A stretch of 64,000 nt of DNA from Candidatus Latescibacterota bacterium (GCA_965223905.1 CBDCXV010000010.1:288001-352000), one strand, 5' to 3'; shown: positions 41,822 through 53,465, numbered from the stretch's first letter. The notes: generated from the sequence alone by a model not told the origin. Numbers and translations are program-made.

Positions 41822-42582
41822 CAGGCGTACCTCCGCGGCCAGCTCTCGTTGGCCAGGGCGTAATCCTCCTCGGTGTCGACTTCGGCGTACTCGCCTCCCG
41901 TGGTCACCATGTGGATCCTTTCCTCCTGTTCGAGCATGTGCTGGTAGAGATGGATGAGATAGGCCTGGCGGAAGGGGGTTCCGTCCTGCCAGACCTGGCC
42001 GTCGAATCGCGCCCGCACCCGGTGGTAGTGGCGGCGCAGAGCGCGGGCCCCGGCGGCGGAAAACCGGGCCACGCCGATGTACTCCCCGCTGGCCTCGGAG
42101 GAGGGCAGTTTGCGGCTCACCCGCAGCACCCGGTCCCCCTCGGTGACCACCTTCTCGGCGTCGTCCTCCGGATGCTGGCTGCGGGCCGCGTAGCGCTCCC
42201 GCCAGCGGGTGTCGACGCAGAGCACGGCGTCGCCGGGATGGTCCAGTGCCCGGCGTACCACGGCCGCCCGGTAGAGGATGTCGGCGTAGGTGACGAGAAA
42301 GCCGCCGTCCATGTGGTCCTCGGCGCACATGAGCGAAGCGAGGATGTTCGTGCTCTCCCAGTCCGGATTGTGACAGAAGGTCAGTTGCGGGTAGTCGTGC
42401 CGGACCTGGTCGATGCGGTACCCGCCGATGAAGACGAAATCGCTCACGCCGGCATCGCGCAGGGCTTGCAGCAGCCAGTCGAGGATGCGCCGGCCGCCGA
42501 TGGGGGCGTACGGCTTCGGCTGTTCGTCGGTGAGGGCCTTGAGCCGGCGGCCCCGGCCCGCCCCCAGGATCAGTGCACGCAT
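41821..42582 (-). CDS. Phosphocholine cytidylyltransferase-like NTP transferase
   Basis: ILGAGRGRRL...PKP, GEYIG and EVDT.ED motifs. Confidence 0.88.
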   Translation of the reverse strand: MRALILGAGRGRRLKALTDEQPKPYAPIGGRRILDWLLQALRDAGVSDFVFIGGYRIDQVRHDYPQLTFCHNPDWESTNILASLMCAEDHMDGGFLVTYADILYRAAVVRRALDHPGDAVLCVDTRWRERYAARSQHPEDDAEKVVTEGDRVLRVSRKLPSSEASGEYIGVARFSAAGARALRRHYHRVRARFDGQVWQDGTPFRQAYLIHLYQHMLEQEERIHMVTTGGEYAEVDTEEDYALANESWPRRYA

Positions 42583-42615
42583 GCGGGTAAGGATACTTTC
42601 TGCCCTGGACTCATC

Positions 42616-44895
42616 CTAACCTGCCCCGAGGTCCTGCGGAGATGGTTCGGGCCAGTTCAGATGACGATGGAGGAAACGGAACGTGGCTTCGGCGTTGATC
42701 CGATGTCCGCCGTCGAAAAACTCGATTTCTGTTCTGTCGGCGATACCGAGTTGCACATAAAGCCGCCGGACAACAGCGAACTCATGCGCGACCCATTCAT
42801 CCGGGGCAACGCCGTCCTCGTGTCCGCGCTCCACCATGAACGGCCGCGGCGCGATCAATCCCGCCATCTCCCCGTAGTTGAAGGTGTTGCCCAGATCGAA
42901 CTCCGGCATCTCGTATTCCCCGCCGAACATATAGCTGTAGCGAGAATGGAATGTGGCATTCTTGACGATCCATTCGTTGAAGTCGGCGGAACAGATCGAG
43001 CAGGCGTACCGTTCGAGCACTGCCGGAACCCGCATTGCCGTTTTCCCACCGTAGGACAACCCGTAAAACCCTATCCGTTCCGCATCGACGAATGGTTGTT
43101 CGGCGAGCCAGTCGAGGGTCCGCTCGTGTTGGCGAATGATCAACGAAAAGAGCGACCATTTTATCGGGTTCGCCTTGCGTTGGATGACCCGGAAGGCATC
43201 GCCGCCGATGTAGGGATTCTGTGGCGCGTAAGCGATGAACCCTCTGTCGGCCAGGGACGCAGCGTAGGAGTTATAGACGGTTTCCAACTTCGGGTCGGCG
43301 GTATCCTGCGGTCTCCCTTCAAGGCCGTGCTGACAGACGACGACAGGACGCCGTTCGCCCGATTGAAGATCGTTCGGGAGCAGCAGGATGCCATAGGCGA
43401 AAACGTCCTTCCAGACATCGAGAACGACTTCATACCCCTTCCAGTTGGGTTCGTCATAAAGGAGCCGCGTCCTCGGATCTGCCGGCGCATCGGGGGGAGG
43501 ACACCTGCCGATGACTTCGTCCTGCAAACAGGACTTGAGATCCTCGCATGTCTCCGCCCAGCGTGTGAGCGAACTGGTATCGGTCCTTTCCCAGAAGAAC
43601 TCCTGCCGCCGCGATGCCGCCTCCCGCAGAAAGCGTTGCGTAAGGTTTACCAGTTGCATGAACTGCCTCTTCTGGCGGGCTCCGCAATCGAAATCGCCGA
43701 CGTCTGGTTTCGAAAGAGGACGGTATCCTTCAACCTGCGCATCATGAACGCCGAGCTCGGCAAGCAGCGTACTCAAGGTCTCCCGGGACCCCGGCAATCC
43801 GTCTTCAGGGAAGACGAGGCGGATGGCCTTTTCACAGTCGAGTTGCCGATAAAAACCGCGTGCGCGTTCAAACTCCGCTTTCACCGATTCGCCCGGTGGA
43901 GACACCAGTTGTCCGGGTGCAGCGCCACCCCGTCCTTGCCGAGGCGCAGGTGGGCCGTCGACTTCCGGTCCGCGGCTTGTCTCGACGATCAACGGGCGCG
44001 GCGCGATTAGGCTGGCAATTTCGGCATCGCCGAATTCATGCAGCAGCCCCCATACGTTTCGGTAGATCGGCTCGCGCCAGACCTCCTGCCGCGATTGGAA
44101 ATAGCCGCTGACTGCTGCCGCCTGAATCCGTGTATCCACAGCCGCACTGTAGAGCGCAATCAGTCCCCCTTCGCCATAGCCGACAACACCGACCGGCACC
44201 TCGGAACGGGACATCCAGTCCACCAACGACAGTACCTTCTGAACCTCGTACCCGATGATGTTCCTTCCGAGCTCAAACGCCATCCGGTAGATGAATTCGC
44301 GATGGGGTTGATTCGTCATTGCCCCGAGGGCTGGATTTCCTGAACAGGTATCGTCGCGGTCAATGAGGAGCGGAACCACGACACGGCACCCCGCCTTTGC
44401 CAGATGCTGTGCGAAGCGGGCGTTGGCCGGCAAATCGTCGGTCACGCCGGCAACCATCTCGGGCGTCCAGTCGGCATCCGGCAGGGCGACAACCTGGGCG
44501 GCAACCGGCGCATCGTGCCCAGGCTCCAGCAAAAGCCCTTCACCCTCGACTTCATCGAAAACCTGCCAGCGGACACGGGATACGGTGTAATTCTCCCCTT
44601 CCGCGACCTGCGCGACGGTGCGGGTGGTGGCTATGTAGCTCAGTTCCTCAATCGGCAGACGCTCATCGAGGCAGCCGATCCGTTTTCTCAGACGTTCCCG
44701 ATTCGGTTCGACGGATCGGACATACGCGCCGTGAGAACTGTAATCCCGATGCCACAGCGCTTCCCGTTTTTCAGGAGAACGCGCCACCGCCCCGGTAACA
44801 TACCGGTCAAGGGCCTCAACCATCTGTGCGGCAAGATCTCCTTCCAACGTCAGGGGGGTTGTTCCAGGCAATACTTGCGCGGTTTCGTTTGACAT
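42616..44895 (-). CDS. Tandem alpha/beta hydrolase (dienelactone hydrolase/acetylxylan esterase-like)
   Basis: Two hydrolase domains: GYGEGG (degenerate) and GLSYGG; LIAPRP twice. Confidence 0.8.
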   Translation of the reverse strand: MSNETAQVLPGTTPLTLEGDLAAQMVEALDRYVTGAVARSPEKREALWHRDYSSHGAYVRSVEPNRERLRKRIGCLDERLPIEELSYIATTRTVAQVAEGENYTVSRVRWQVFDEVEGEGLLLEPGHDAPVAAQVVALPDADWTPEMVAGVTDDLPANARFAQHLAKAGCRVVVPLLIDRDDTCSGNPALGAMTNQPHREFIYRMAFELGRNIIGYEVQKVLSLVDWMSRSEVPVGVVGYGEGGLIALYSAAVDTRIQAAAVSGYFQSRQEVWREPIYRNVWGLLHEFGDAEIASLIAPRPLIVETSRGPEVDGPPAPRQGRGGAAPGQLVSPPGESVKAEFERARGFYRQLDCEKAIRLVFPEDGLPGSRETLSTLLAELGVHDAQVEGYRPLSKPDVGDFDCGARQKRQFMQLVNLTQRFLREAASRRQEFFWERTDTSSLTRWAETCEDLKSCLQDEVIGRCPPPDAPADPRTRLLYDEPNWKGYEVVLDVWKDVFAYGILLLPNDLQSGERRPVVVCQHGLEGRPQDTADPKLETVYNSYAASLADRGFIAYAPQNPYIGGDAFRVIQRKANPIKWSLFSLIIRQHERTLDWLAEQPFVDAERIGFYGLSYGGKTAMRVPAVLERYACSICSADFNEWIVKNATFHSRYSYMFGGEYEMPEFDLGNTFNYGEMAGLIAPRPFMVERGHEDGVAPDEWVAHEFAVVRRLYVQLGIADRTEIEFFDGGHRINAEATFRFLHRHLNWPEPSPQDLGAG

Positions 44896-44997
44896 GCGAA
44901 CTCCTTTGCAGCGCGTCACTACCTGGATCGGTACGGCTGCGAAGTGGACGAATCGGGGGCGGTGCCGTACGAGACTTCCGGCCCGGTCCCGCTTTCG

Positions 44998-47900
44998 TCA
45001 CCCGTTGAGATCGTCTGCCTCGGTACCGTCGAACATGGATAGCGGCGGCGCATCGAGCAGGCCCCCGTCATCTATCCGTCGCGGCCTGGGTACCGTCGAA
45101 CTGCCAGCAGGCTCTGGCCAGGTCTGCGGAAGGCGGCGGGACGTACACTCGCCGGTTCGCAGGAACAGCAGCCCCGGGACCGGGGATCCGCCGACTGCCC
45201 TCTCCAGGGCGGAAGCGTACAGGGCGAGCTGAGGCAGGTAGGCTTCGGAAGCGTCGGCCAACGACCTGCCGCGCAGATCGTCGGTCTTGAAGTCGAGAAC
45301 ATGCCAGGCGCCCCCGGTCTCGTAGGCCAGGTCGATGGTTCCGTGCACCGGCACGCCGTCCCAGTCCCACGAAAAGGGCAGCTCGAACCAGGAGCGAGTA
45401 TCCCCGTCGCGCAGGGTGACCGCCAGCGGGCTGTCGTCGAAGATGTCGAGCATACCGTCGACTTCTGCCACAACCCCCCGCACTGCCTGCTCCCCCAGAC
45501 CCTCATCCACCCTGCGCATCAACTCGTCCAGAACAGGTCGCTGTCCGCTCTTGAACCATTCCTCGATGGCACCGTGCGCAAGGCTGCCGCGGACAAGGCC
45601 GAGACCGTCGCCGTGCTGAAAGAATTTGCGGGACGGCTCCTCCAGCCTCAGGGATGTCACGGGGGTGCTCGAGCGCAGGGGAATCACCGGCGGCCGGGCA
45701 ACCAGCGGCGCCATGAAGTCCTCCTCCTCGTTCTCCGGAGGTACCTGCACCGGCTCGGGCGCCGCCCTGTCAGCGATGGCCTCGAGGTCCACGGGAATGG
45801 ATGAACGGACCTCCACTCCTTCCGGGGCCGCACTGAGGGCACTCTGCGCGGCTGCTAGCCATCCGTCATCCCGTGCCGGATCATCGCCGGAGATGTACAG
45901 CGCGTCGGCCGCCCTGGTGGCCGCGACGTAGAAGAGACGCTTGTGCTCCGACGCCTCTTCCGCCTGGTCCTGAACCAGCAGATAGGAGTAGAACCCCGGG
46001 CGGCCGCGATTCTCTTCACCCGACCCTACCTTCTTCGCAAGCGTGAGAGAGATTCCCTCCCCGGTGCGCCATCGGACCGCATCGTAGCTCACACGCGATG
46101 ACAGATGTGCCTCCGGTACGAAGACGATGGGGAACTGGAGACCCTTGGCTCCATGTACGGTCAGCAGGCGCACGGCGTCCGACTGGTCGAGAACAGCCTG
46201 GCCTTCGCGGGCCTGGAGCTCGTCGCGGCGGCGCCGAACGTAGGTCACCAGCTCGTCCAGTGAGTGGCCGGCCAACTGGCGTGCGAGGTCCACGAACTTG
46301 CGGATGTTGGCCAATGCCTGATCCCCTCCCTGCAAAGGGGCCCAGGCCGCCTCGAATCCCGTGAGGGCGAGGGCTTTCTCCAGGAGTGCGTCCGGCGGCA
46401 GGAAAGGGACGCCGTCCCGCAATTCCTCGAGCACCTCGGCGGAGCGCCTGCAGAACAGGCGGACCTCCCCGGGTATGGACTCGGGCGGGTTGCCGAGGGC
46501 TCTCAGAAGGTTGCGGTCATGGGACCGAAGAGCCAGGAGGGATTGGTCATCTATCATGAACAGCGGCGACCGCAGGGCCCCCGCCAGGGCTATGGAGTCG
46601 TCCGGCTCGGCCAGCCACCCCAGGAGGTTGGTGAGGTCGAGAACCTCCTGCCTCGTGAAGAACCCGGCACCGGCTACTGTGCGGTAGGAACCCCGTGGTT
46701 CTCCAGCGCCTGCTCGAAGAGGTGAACGTTCGACAGCCGGCGGAGAAGTATCGCTACGTCCGACGCCCGCGCGGGGCGCGGTTTCTTCTCTTCCCTGTCC
46801 CATACGGTTGCCGGACGACTCAGCAGCGCGGCCGCTTCCGCGGCCACGGCATCCGCTTCCACTCTCCTGCGGTCATCTTCGCCGGCCCTTTCGTCCGCAG
46901 GCGTTCGATTCGAGACCGGCAGCAGCACCAGGTACGGTGATTCGGGCGAGTCGGGCCCTCGTCCGGTCATCGCCTGCATCGGCGCCTCGAACTCCTCCCG
47001 AGGGTCTTCGAACACCTTCTCGAAGAGGATGTTGAATGACTCGACGAGCGGATCGTGAGCGCGGAACGACTGGCTCAGGGCATGGATGGCGCCCCCGGAC
47101 TCGATCTCCTTGTGGAGCCGTGTGAAGTTCCGTACGTCGCTTCCGCGGAAGCGGTAGATCGCCTGCTTCACGTCGCCGACGAAGAAACGCTCAGGTCCCT
47201 TGGAGTCTGCTTGCCCGCCGCCGGTCAGGAGGTTGAGGAAGGCGATCTGGGTGGGGTTGGTGTCCTGAAGCTCGTCCACCATCAGGTGGCGCAGGCGGGA
47301 CCGGTAGGAAGCGGCAATGTCCGGATGTGAACTCAGCAGTTGCGTAGCCCTGATCTCGAGGTCCAGGTAGTCGAGAGCAATCAGCTCCCGTTTGCTGGCC
47401 GAGTAGCGATTGCAGGCGTCTTGAAAGAGGCTCCGCAGCGATGAGAGGGCCTCCAGCGCGATGTGGTCATGCTCGTTCCATCGAGGGAGACCACTGAGCT
47501 CGGCTGGCCCTATCCCGGATCGAGCGCATTGCCGACTTGACATCCTGGATGTCCTCCGCCCAGTTCCTTGCACTTCCGCCTCTCAGGTTGACTTTGCCGC
47601 CTGCGTCCAGCACGCGGGCCAGCAGGTCCGACCAGTCCCCGACATCGGGGTCACCCAATGCCGCCAGACAGTCTCGCATTCTCGAGGACAGGGCGTCGTC
47701 GCCGGGACCTGCATAGGCGGCTTGCAGCCACGCCGCTCGCTCCGCCAGCACCGGTCGCGCCTCTTCTACCGCCGCCCGGACCTTCGCATCCAACAGCTCC
47801 CGGACATGTTCGGCCCAGCCCTCCACAGTGTCTCCCGGAAGCGCCCGGTAAGCGGCCTCGACCTCGTCACGCCTCGCAACCATCTGGGGAAGCTGGGTTG

Positions 47901-48369
47901 TCGCCGCGAACATACCGAGCTCTCGCAGCGCCAGGGCCCGATGGTCGTCCGCGTCCGCGGCTGCTTCCAGCGCGTCGATGCAGGCCCCGGTCAGCTCGAA
48001 CTCGGCCTCGTCATCCGACAGCACCCTCGAGGCGGGATCGACGGCTGCCTCCACGGGATGCTCCCGCAACACCCGCAGGCACAGCGAGTGGATGGTTCCG
48101 ATGATGGCCTCATCGATGTCCGCCCGGTGACGGCTCAGCTCCTCCCTCGTGAGGACCTCCCTCCGCACTCGCTCACGCATCTCGGTGGCGGCGGCGTCGG
48201 TGAAGGTGACCGCAGCCATCTCGGAGATACGGTGTTCCCGGAGCAGGGAGACGTAGCGCTCCACAAGGACACGGGTCTTGCCGCTGCCGGCTCCGGCCGT
48301 GACCAGCATGTCACGACCGCGCTCGACCACGATCCCGGCCTGCTCCGATGTCAGTCCCAGCTCTTCCAT
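44998..48369 (-). CDS. addA: AddA-like UvrD helicase/PD-(D/E)XK nuclease; frameshifts at ~47480 and ~46690
   Basis: AGAGSGKT, DELQDT, VGDVKQAIYRFRG, TVHGAKGLQF, YVAATRA and GTID...DFKT. Confidence 0.85.
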
Positions 48370-51278
48370 CGACTGAACCCGTTCACCCGGCAGATGTGGC
48401 GGAATGAGCAGTAGCTCGGACAGGGCTTCACCTGTGGATTGACTCTGAAGTCGCCCGAGTCGACCGCATCGCGCACATCCCGGGCGACCTCAACAACCTC
48501 CTCCAACAGGAGAACATCTTCCTCGCGCGAGGAGTCGATCTCCCACTCCCGGATCGCGGGATCGAGCCAGGCGTAGCGAGCGATGACCCTCTCCGCCCGG
48601 GTCTCGTCGCGTCCAGCATACCCATAGAGCTGAAGCTGGACACGGCGTCCCTCTTCCAGGTCGGACCGGGGAATCCCTTTCCCTGACTTGTAGTCGACGA
48701 TCACCACCCTGCCCTCCCCCTCCTCCAGTCGATCCATGGTTGCCGTCACGCGCAGGGGCGGGTCCAGCGGGAGCGAGGCCTCGATTTTCTTCTCGGCGCC
48801 GATGATTCGTGTCACGCCCGACCGCGCGCTCCAATCAGCCTCCCTTTCCAACAGTAATTCGATCTTCTGAAGGGTCTCCTCTGCATCCAGTCGCCAGAGG
48901 GCGGCCCGACCGAAGCCCATCCTTGCGGGTGCGCTGTTCCAAATATTCGGGCCGTTGGCCCCAAGACGCGCAAGTACATCGGGGAGGGTCTCGGGGACCA
49001 GTGGGCGTCCCCGCTCGACAAGGGGAGCAATGGCGTCCTGCAGAATCTCGTGAACGACGCTGCCTCGGATTGCGGCGTCAGCGCCTTCCAGTTCCTGCTC
49101 GATCTCCCGCAGACGCAGGGCGTACTGGCCGAAGAACTGGAAGGCGCAGGTCTTGTAGGACTCGATCCGGCTGGCGCTCCAGGTTGCGTCGGCATCCGTA
49201 AGCCGGGGCACCAACCCTTCGGTCATGCGGCCCTCGTACTTGCCTGCATTCGAGAATGAGCGGCGGCGCTGCTCGACCGCGACCGCGGAGCGCACGACGG
49301 GCCAGGCCGACTCTCCACGCGGTCGAAGCCGGCCATGGCTCGGCCACTGCCAGGTGCAGGCGATCGCCAGCTCGCGCGCGGAGCCGGTTTCTTCGGGCAT
49401 GGCCATCCCCGCCTCGATGGACTCGCCGGGCTGCAGCTTGCCGTAGTAGTACGAAGCCGATACAGGACGGCCACGTTCGTTGAGCCTGGTCCTCCACAGG
49501 GACAGGGCGCGGTCCGCACGGGTGGAAACAGACGCCCACAGCTCGTCTTCCGAAAGCCGGGCTTCCGGAGGAACTTCGAGCCCCCATCGATTCAGCTCGT
49601 CTACGGCGTCTCTATCGAGAAGCGTGCGGTAGCTGCGCGGCGCGGGGAACTCTCCCTCCACCAACCCTCCCACCGCAACGAAGTCGAAGCGCAGGCCGTG
49701 GAGGGTGTGCATCGGTGCAAGGAGGACGCCGCCGGGCTCGCGCAGCAACACCGTCGCAGCGTCGAACTTCGCTTCGAGTCGAGCCATGAATACCACTAAT
49801 GTCTCAAGCCCGCCTCCGAGTACCTCGTGTGTATGGATCAGGTCCTGAAGCTGGCCTCGCAGTGCATCGAGCTCCACGTCCACGCCGGGCTGCGCCCTGG
49901 ACCCGGGATCCGCCAGAGCCTGAATGCCGAACAGCGCCTCGTCGAAATGGCGCGCATGCTCTGCGGTCGTCCCTGGTGCCCGCTCCAGCAGGGCGCGCAG
50001 ATCCTCCAGGGCGGCTGACATTCCCGACGCAATCCCGCCCAGTCTCTGGCGGGCACGGTCGCTCTTTTCCGGGTCGTCCCCGCCACTGCGCAGACCCTCC
50101 ACGGCACGGCCAAGAGCGTCGAGTCCCGCCCAGAGGTTGTTCTCGCGTCCTCGCCGGGCAAAGACGGCCACGTCTTCGCGAGACAGCCCCCAGCGGCCAA
50201 GATCGACGAACCCGCTGGACAGCACTGCGACAACGTCACGCAGGTGCCAGCCGTCCCGGGCCAGGTGCATCAGGCGACGGAGCCAGGCCCCCAAGGGACG
50301 GGCGCTCAGCCGCTCTCCGGCGGCCGGGTCGAGCGGCAGGTCATACTCGGAGAAAACCTGCCGGGCAAGGCCCAGATGCGGCGAAACCTGCCGGAATGCG
50401 ACGGCGAAGTCGGACGGGCGAAGCGACGGCTCATCGGTCAGGCGCTGCTTGATCTGGCGCGCTATCGCACGCAGCTGGCCTTCCCTGTCGGCCGCATCGC
50501 CGGCCACCACGTTCGCGGGCGATGCAACATCGCACTCGAGCTCCTGGACTTTCGCATCCGGGAATCGACGGCGCAGCCGCTCGTAGTCGTGCCCGGCACG
50601 AACTCCAGCATTCGGGTCCAGCGTGACGACGACATCGGCCTTCTCAGCGAGGGCTTCGAGCAGGTCCATCTCTGTCTCGCGAAAGAGGTGGAAGCCATCC
50701 AGCATGATCGTCCCCGGCAGATCCGCTCCCGCCTTGACGACATCCGCTGCAGCCGCGCCGATCTGCATCGGATGAGTCCAATTCCCCTGTCTGAGTCCAT
50801 GGCTGTACTCCTTGTAGACGGCACCCAGTGCCTCCAGGCTCCGCGATCCCGATTTCGCGGCGGCTTCCGACAGGGCCTCGGGATCTACGCCTTCCGCCAG
50901 CAGATCACCGATGGCGCCGCCAAGGAGATTCCCCAGTCCCTTGGTCGCCGCAACAGGCCTGAAGTAAGCGGCAGACCCGCTTTCGATCCCGAGGCGTATG
51001 GTTCGTTGCAGGAGTTCCTCAGCCAGCGAGTGGGACGGTACCCTCGCATTGGAGGCCAGCTTCCGGCTGAACTGGGCAATAGTCTCGACACGCAGGCGCA
51101 GAGCCACCCCGCATCGACCGACCAGACGGCGGCGAAACTGGTCTCCGTGGCGTACCGTCGGTACCAGCACGATCGCTTCCGAGAACGGATCGGCCTCGTA
51201 TCGCGCAGCCAGCCTCGAGATGATCCGGTCTGTCTTTCCGCTGCCGGGACCGCCGACCAGGAGCGTCAGCTCAGGCAT
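48351..51278 (-). CDS. addB: AddB-like PD-(D/E)XK nuclease with four Fe-S cysteines
   Basis: GGPGSGKT; SASRIESYKTC; DR...DYKS; QLQLY; CPSYCSFRHIC; overlaps addA. Confidence 0.85.
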   Translation of the reverse strand: MPELTLLVGGPGSGKTDRIISRLAARYEADPFSEAIVLVPTVRHGDQFRRRLVGRCGVALRLRVETIAQFSRKLASNARVPSHSLAEELLQRTIRLGIESGSAAYFRPVAATKGLGNLLGGAIGDLLAEGVDPEALSEAAAKSGSRSLEALGAVYKEYSHGLRQGNWTHPMQIGAAAADVVKAGADLPGTIMLDGFHLFRETEMDLLEALAEKADVVVTLDPNAGVRAGHDYERLRRRFPDAKVQELECDVASPANVVAGDAADREGQLRAIARQIKQRLTDEPSLRPSDFAVAFRQVSPHLGLARQVFSEYDLPLDPAAGERLSARPLGAWLRRLMHLARDGWHLRDVVAVLSSGFVDLGRWGLSREDVAVFARRGRENNLWAGLDALGRAVEGLRSGGDDPEKSDRARQRLGGIASGMSAALEDLRALLERAPGTTAEHARHFDEALFGIQALADPGSRAQPGVDVELDALRGQLQDLIHTHEVLGGGLETLVVFMARLEAKFDAATVLLREPGGVLLAPMHTLHGLRFDFVAVGGLVEGEFPAPRSYRTLLDRDAVDELNRWGLEVPPEARLSEDELWASVSTRADRALSLWRTRLNERGRPVSASYYYGKLQPGESIEAGMAMPEETGSARELAIACTWQWPSHGRLRPRGESAWPVVRSAVAVEQRRRSFSNAGKYEGRMTEGLVPRLTDADATWSASRIESYKTCAFQFFGQYALRLREIEQELEGADAAIRGSVVHEILQDAIAPLVERGRPLVPETLPDVLARLGANGPNIWNSAPARMGFGRAALWRLDAEETLQKIELLLEREADWSARSGVTRIIGAEKKIEASLPLDPPLRVTATMDRLEEGEGRVVIVDYKSGKGIPRSDLEEGRRVQLQLYGYAGRDETRAERVIARYAWLDPAIREWEIDSSREEDVLLLEEVVEVARDVRDAVDSGDFRVNPQVKPCPSYCSFRHICRVNGFSRWKSWD

Positions 51279-51320
51279 GGTAGTCGGCCCATATCAGAGG
51301 AATGCACGAGGCGGCTGGTT

Positions 51321-51557
51321 TCAGCCATGATTGGGGTTCTCCATCCCGTGTCCCGCGGCCCGCCGCTCCTGGACTATGCCCATGGTGGGCTGCAGGCGCT
51401 GGGCCTGGAGGCCGCGCTGCTGGCGGGCGAGGTCACGCGCCTCGTCGCAGAGGCGGCGCAGGTCGGCGATCAGGGAAAGCGGCAGGATCTGGCGGAAGAC
51501 GGTGTAGCCCTGAGTGCGGTACTCGTCGATGTGGCGGTCGCAAAAGGCGAAGGCCAT
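51321..51557 (-). pseudogene. Phytanoyl-CoA dioxygenase family, N-terminal fragment
   Basis: HIDEYRTQGYTVFRQIL; truncated after ~60 aa. Confidence 0.6.
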
Positions 51558-51597
51558 GGCGGAGCCTCGGACGCGCCTCACGTGAAAGCCCCGGGGC

Positions 51598-52287
51598 CTA
51601 CATGACACCGAATTTCTTGTAGGCCTCACCGGCTGTCATGCCGTTGCGCAGAGCGATTCGCACCTTCGATTCCGTCTTCACCTTCTCGTAGGCTTCGAGA
51701 ACCACTTCCTCGATCGAGTCGCCGGGTATCACCACGATGCCGTCCTCCGATCCCAGCAGGAGGTCGCCGGGCCGGACGGCGACATCGCCGCAGTAAACTG
51801 CTTCGTTGATGCCGGTTATCGTTCGGTGGTAGAGCAGGTCGCTCATGTGCGACCCGCGGCAGAAGAGCGGGAAGCCCAGTTTCCGCACGAGTTCCATGTC
51901 CCGGGAGAAGCCGTCGATCACGGCACCGTTTCCGCCGCGGCAGATCGCTGCCTCGGCGCACAGTTCCCCCCACACGCAACAATCCGTCCGGTCGGTGACC
52001 AGAACTTCCCCGGGTTGGAGCCCGTCGATTGCCGCGAAAAGCAGTTCGTACTCCCTGCCGGCCTGCGGGGGACCGACCAGGGGCTGGGACTGCATGGTAC
52101 GGGCAATGCCGGCCAGCCGGGTCGCGGTGTCGATGGGACCGATACCGTGGCGCATGACCTGGTTGTGGAAGCCGCGCGCGTGCAGGACATCGGACACGGC
52201 CGCCGGTTCCAGTTCCGCTGCCATGTCCCACACTTCGGTGCCGAGACGATCGGCCGGCCGGCTCAATTCAAAACTCCTGACGGACAT
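51598..52287 (-). CDS. RraA/HMG aldolase family protein
   Basis: VSDVL, WGEL, IDG..RD and GD....DGIVVIP motifs. Confidence 0.9.
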   Translation of the reverse strand: MSVRSFELSRPADRLGTEVWDMAAELEPAAVSDVLHARGFHNQVMRHGIGPIDTATRLAGIARTMQSQPLVGPPQAGREYELLFAAIDGLQPGEVLVTDRTDCCVWGELCAEAAICRGGNGAVIDGFSRDMELVRKLGFPLFCRGSHMSDLLYHRTITGINEAVYCGDVAVRPGDLLLGSEDGIVVIPGDSIEEVVLEAYEKVKTESKVRIALRNGMTAGEAYKKFGVM

Positions 52288-52295
52288 GGGCGCTC

Positions 52296-52556
52296 CTACC
52301 ATTGGGACTTGACGGGCGGTATGCCGCTTCTGGCCTCGTCTTCAGCGTATATCGAGATATCGCCCTCGCGGCGGTGGGCTTCGGCGTAGAGAGCAAAGCG
52401 GTCCGGGTCCAGCGTTACGCCCAGCCCCGGTCCGAGGAGATCGGTGCCTAGATCGTGCTTTTCGTTAGGTACCGAACCCCAGCCAATCAACTCGAAATGA
52501 GAACATACTGCACTCAATCCAGCATTCCCGGTCTGTTGCTGCCTACTCGCTCGCAT
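52296..52556 (-). pseudogene. Chimeric fragment: DUF4365-like N-terminus joined to an enolase-superfamily C-terminus
   Basis: TGNAG...F..IGW...EKHDLGTDL followed abruptly by GPGLGVTLDPD. Confidence 0.55.
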
Positions 52557-52689
52557 CGGGTAGCCTAGAGGTGAGAATTGGTGGCGTCAGCGGTTCACGA
52601 ATCGCCGCCAGGAGGGCTGGCCGTGGAGGGAATGTTGGCTTCTAAAGAGGGGGACGAGTGCCATTGTCGGCCAGCCGCTTCTCCCACCC

Positions 52690-53460
52690 AGTAACTCCGG
52701 ATATTCTGGCCCCGCAGCACCTCCCCACGCCCTCCGTCTCCACGTTCCCCATCCGCTCGTTCCAGTTGTCCCCTCGGCGTCAGGTGTGGCTGGGCATGAG
52801 GTGCATAATGTAGCTGCGGCGCGGGTTGTCGGTGCGGTTGCCGTAGGAGCCGTGGAAGGTGCGGCAGTGGTGGAAGTGGCAGTGCCCGGCCTCGACCTCG
52901 CAGGAAACGGGGGTGAGGTCGGCGGCGGCGGAGATCCCCTCTTGGCGCAGCAGCCAGTGGGGAGTCGTGGACTACGGCTGTCCTCGCGGGCGTATCGCAT
53001 GGCCACAGGTGGCTGCCGGGTGCATGCAGCAGTTGTCTACGGTGGCGTTGTCGAGGGCGATCCAGCATGTGCCCAGATCAGCTGGCCCACGTGGTCCCAG
53101 GAGGTGTAGTCGGTGCCAAGCCAGGGCCGTCTCCTCGTCGTAGGGAGCTTGTAAACCATCTGGTCCTCCCACATGGGCACCGGGCCGGGCATGAGCTGGT
53201 GCGCCGGGCGCTGATGGCCGCATTGTCGAAGAAGGCCGAAAGAGGGGCTCGCGGCGCAAGATGTTGACCACCTTGACGGAGGGCGGCTGCCCCTTGGCCC
53301 TGGACCGCTCCACGGTCTCCCCCACAGGTGCCGGGGGAAGCTGGAGGATGTCCTCGATGCCCTCCTTGAGCTGGCCGATCTGCTCGTCGGAGAGCACGCG
53401 CAGGCCGGCCACGTAGCCCCGGGTCTTGTAATGCTCGACCTGGGCGTCGGTGCAGGGCAT
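52690..53460 (-). pseudogene. Phytanoyl-CoA dioxygenase family protein with multiple frameshifts
   Basis: QVEHYKTRGY, AWH.D, TCWIALDNATVDN, GHCHFHHCRTFHGSYGN; 3' end approximate. Confidence 0.75.
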
Positions 53461-53465
53461 GCAGA

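Noticed and set aside
48351-49200. Cas4-like nuclease implying CRISPR or a casposon
   Set aside because: The Fe-S PD-(D/E)XK domain is the normal AddB C-terminus beside addA
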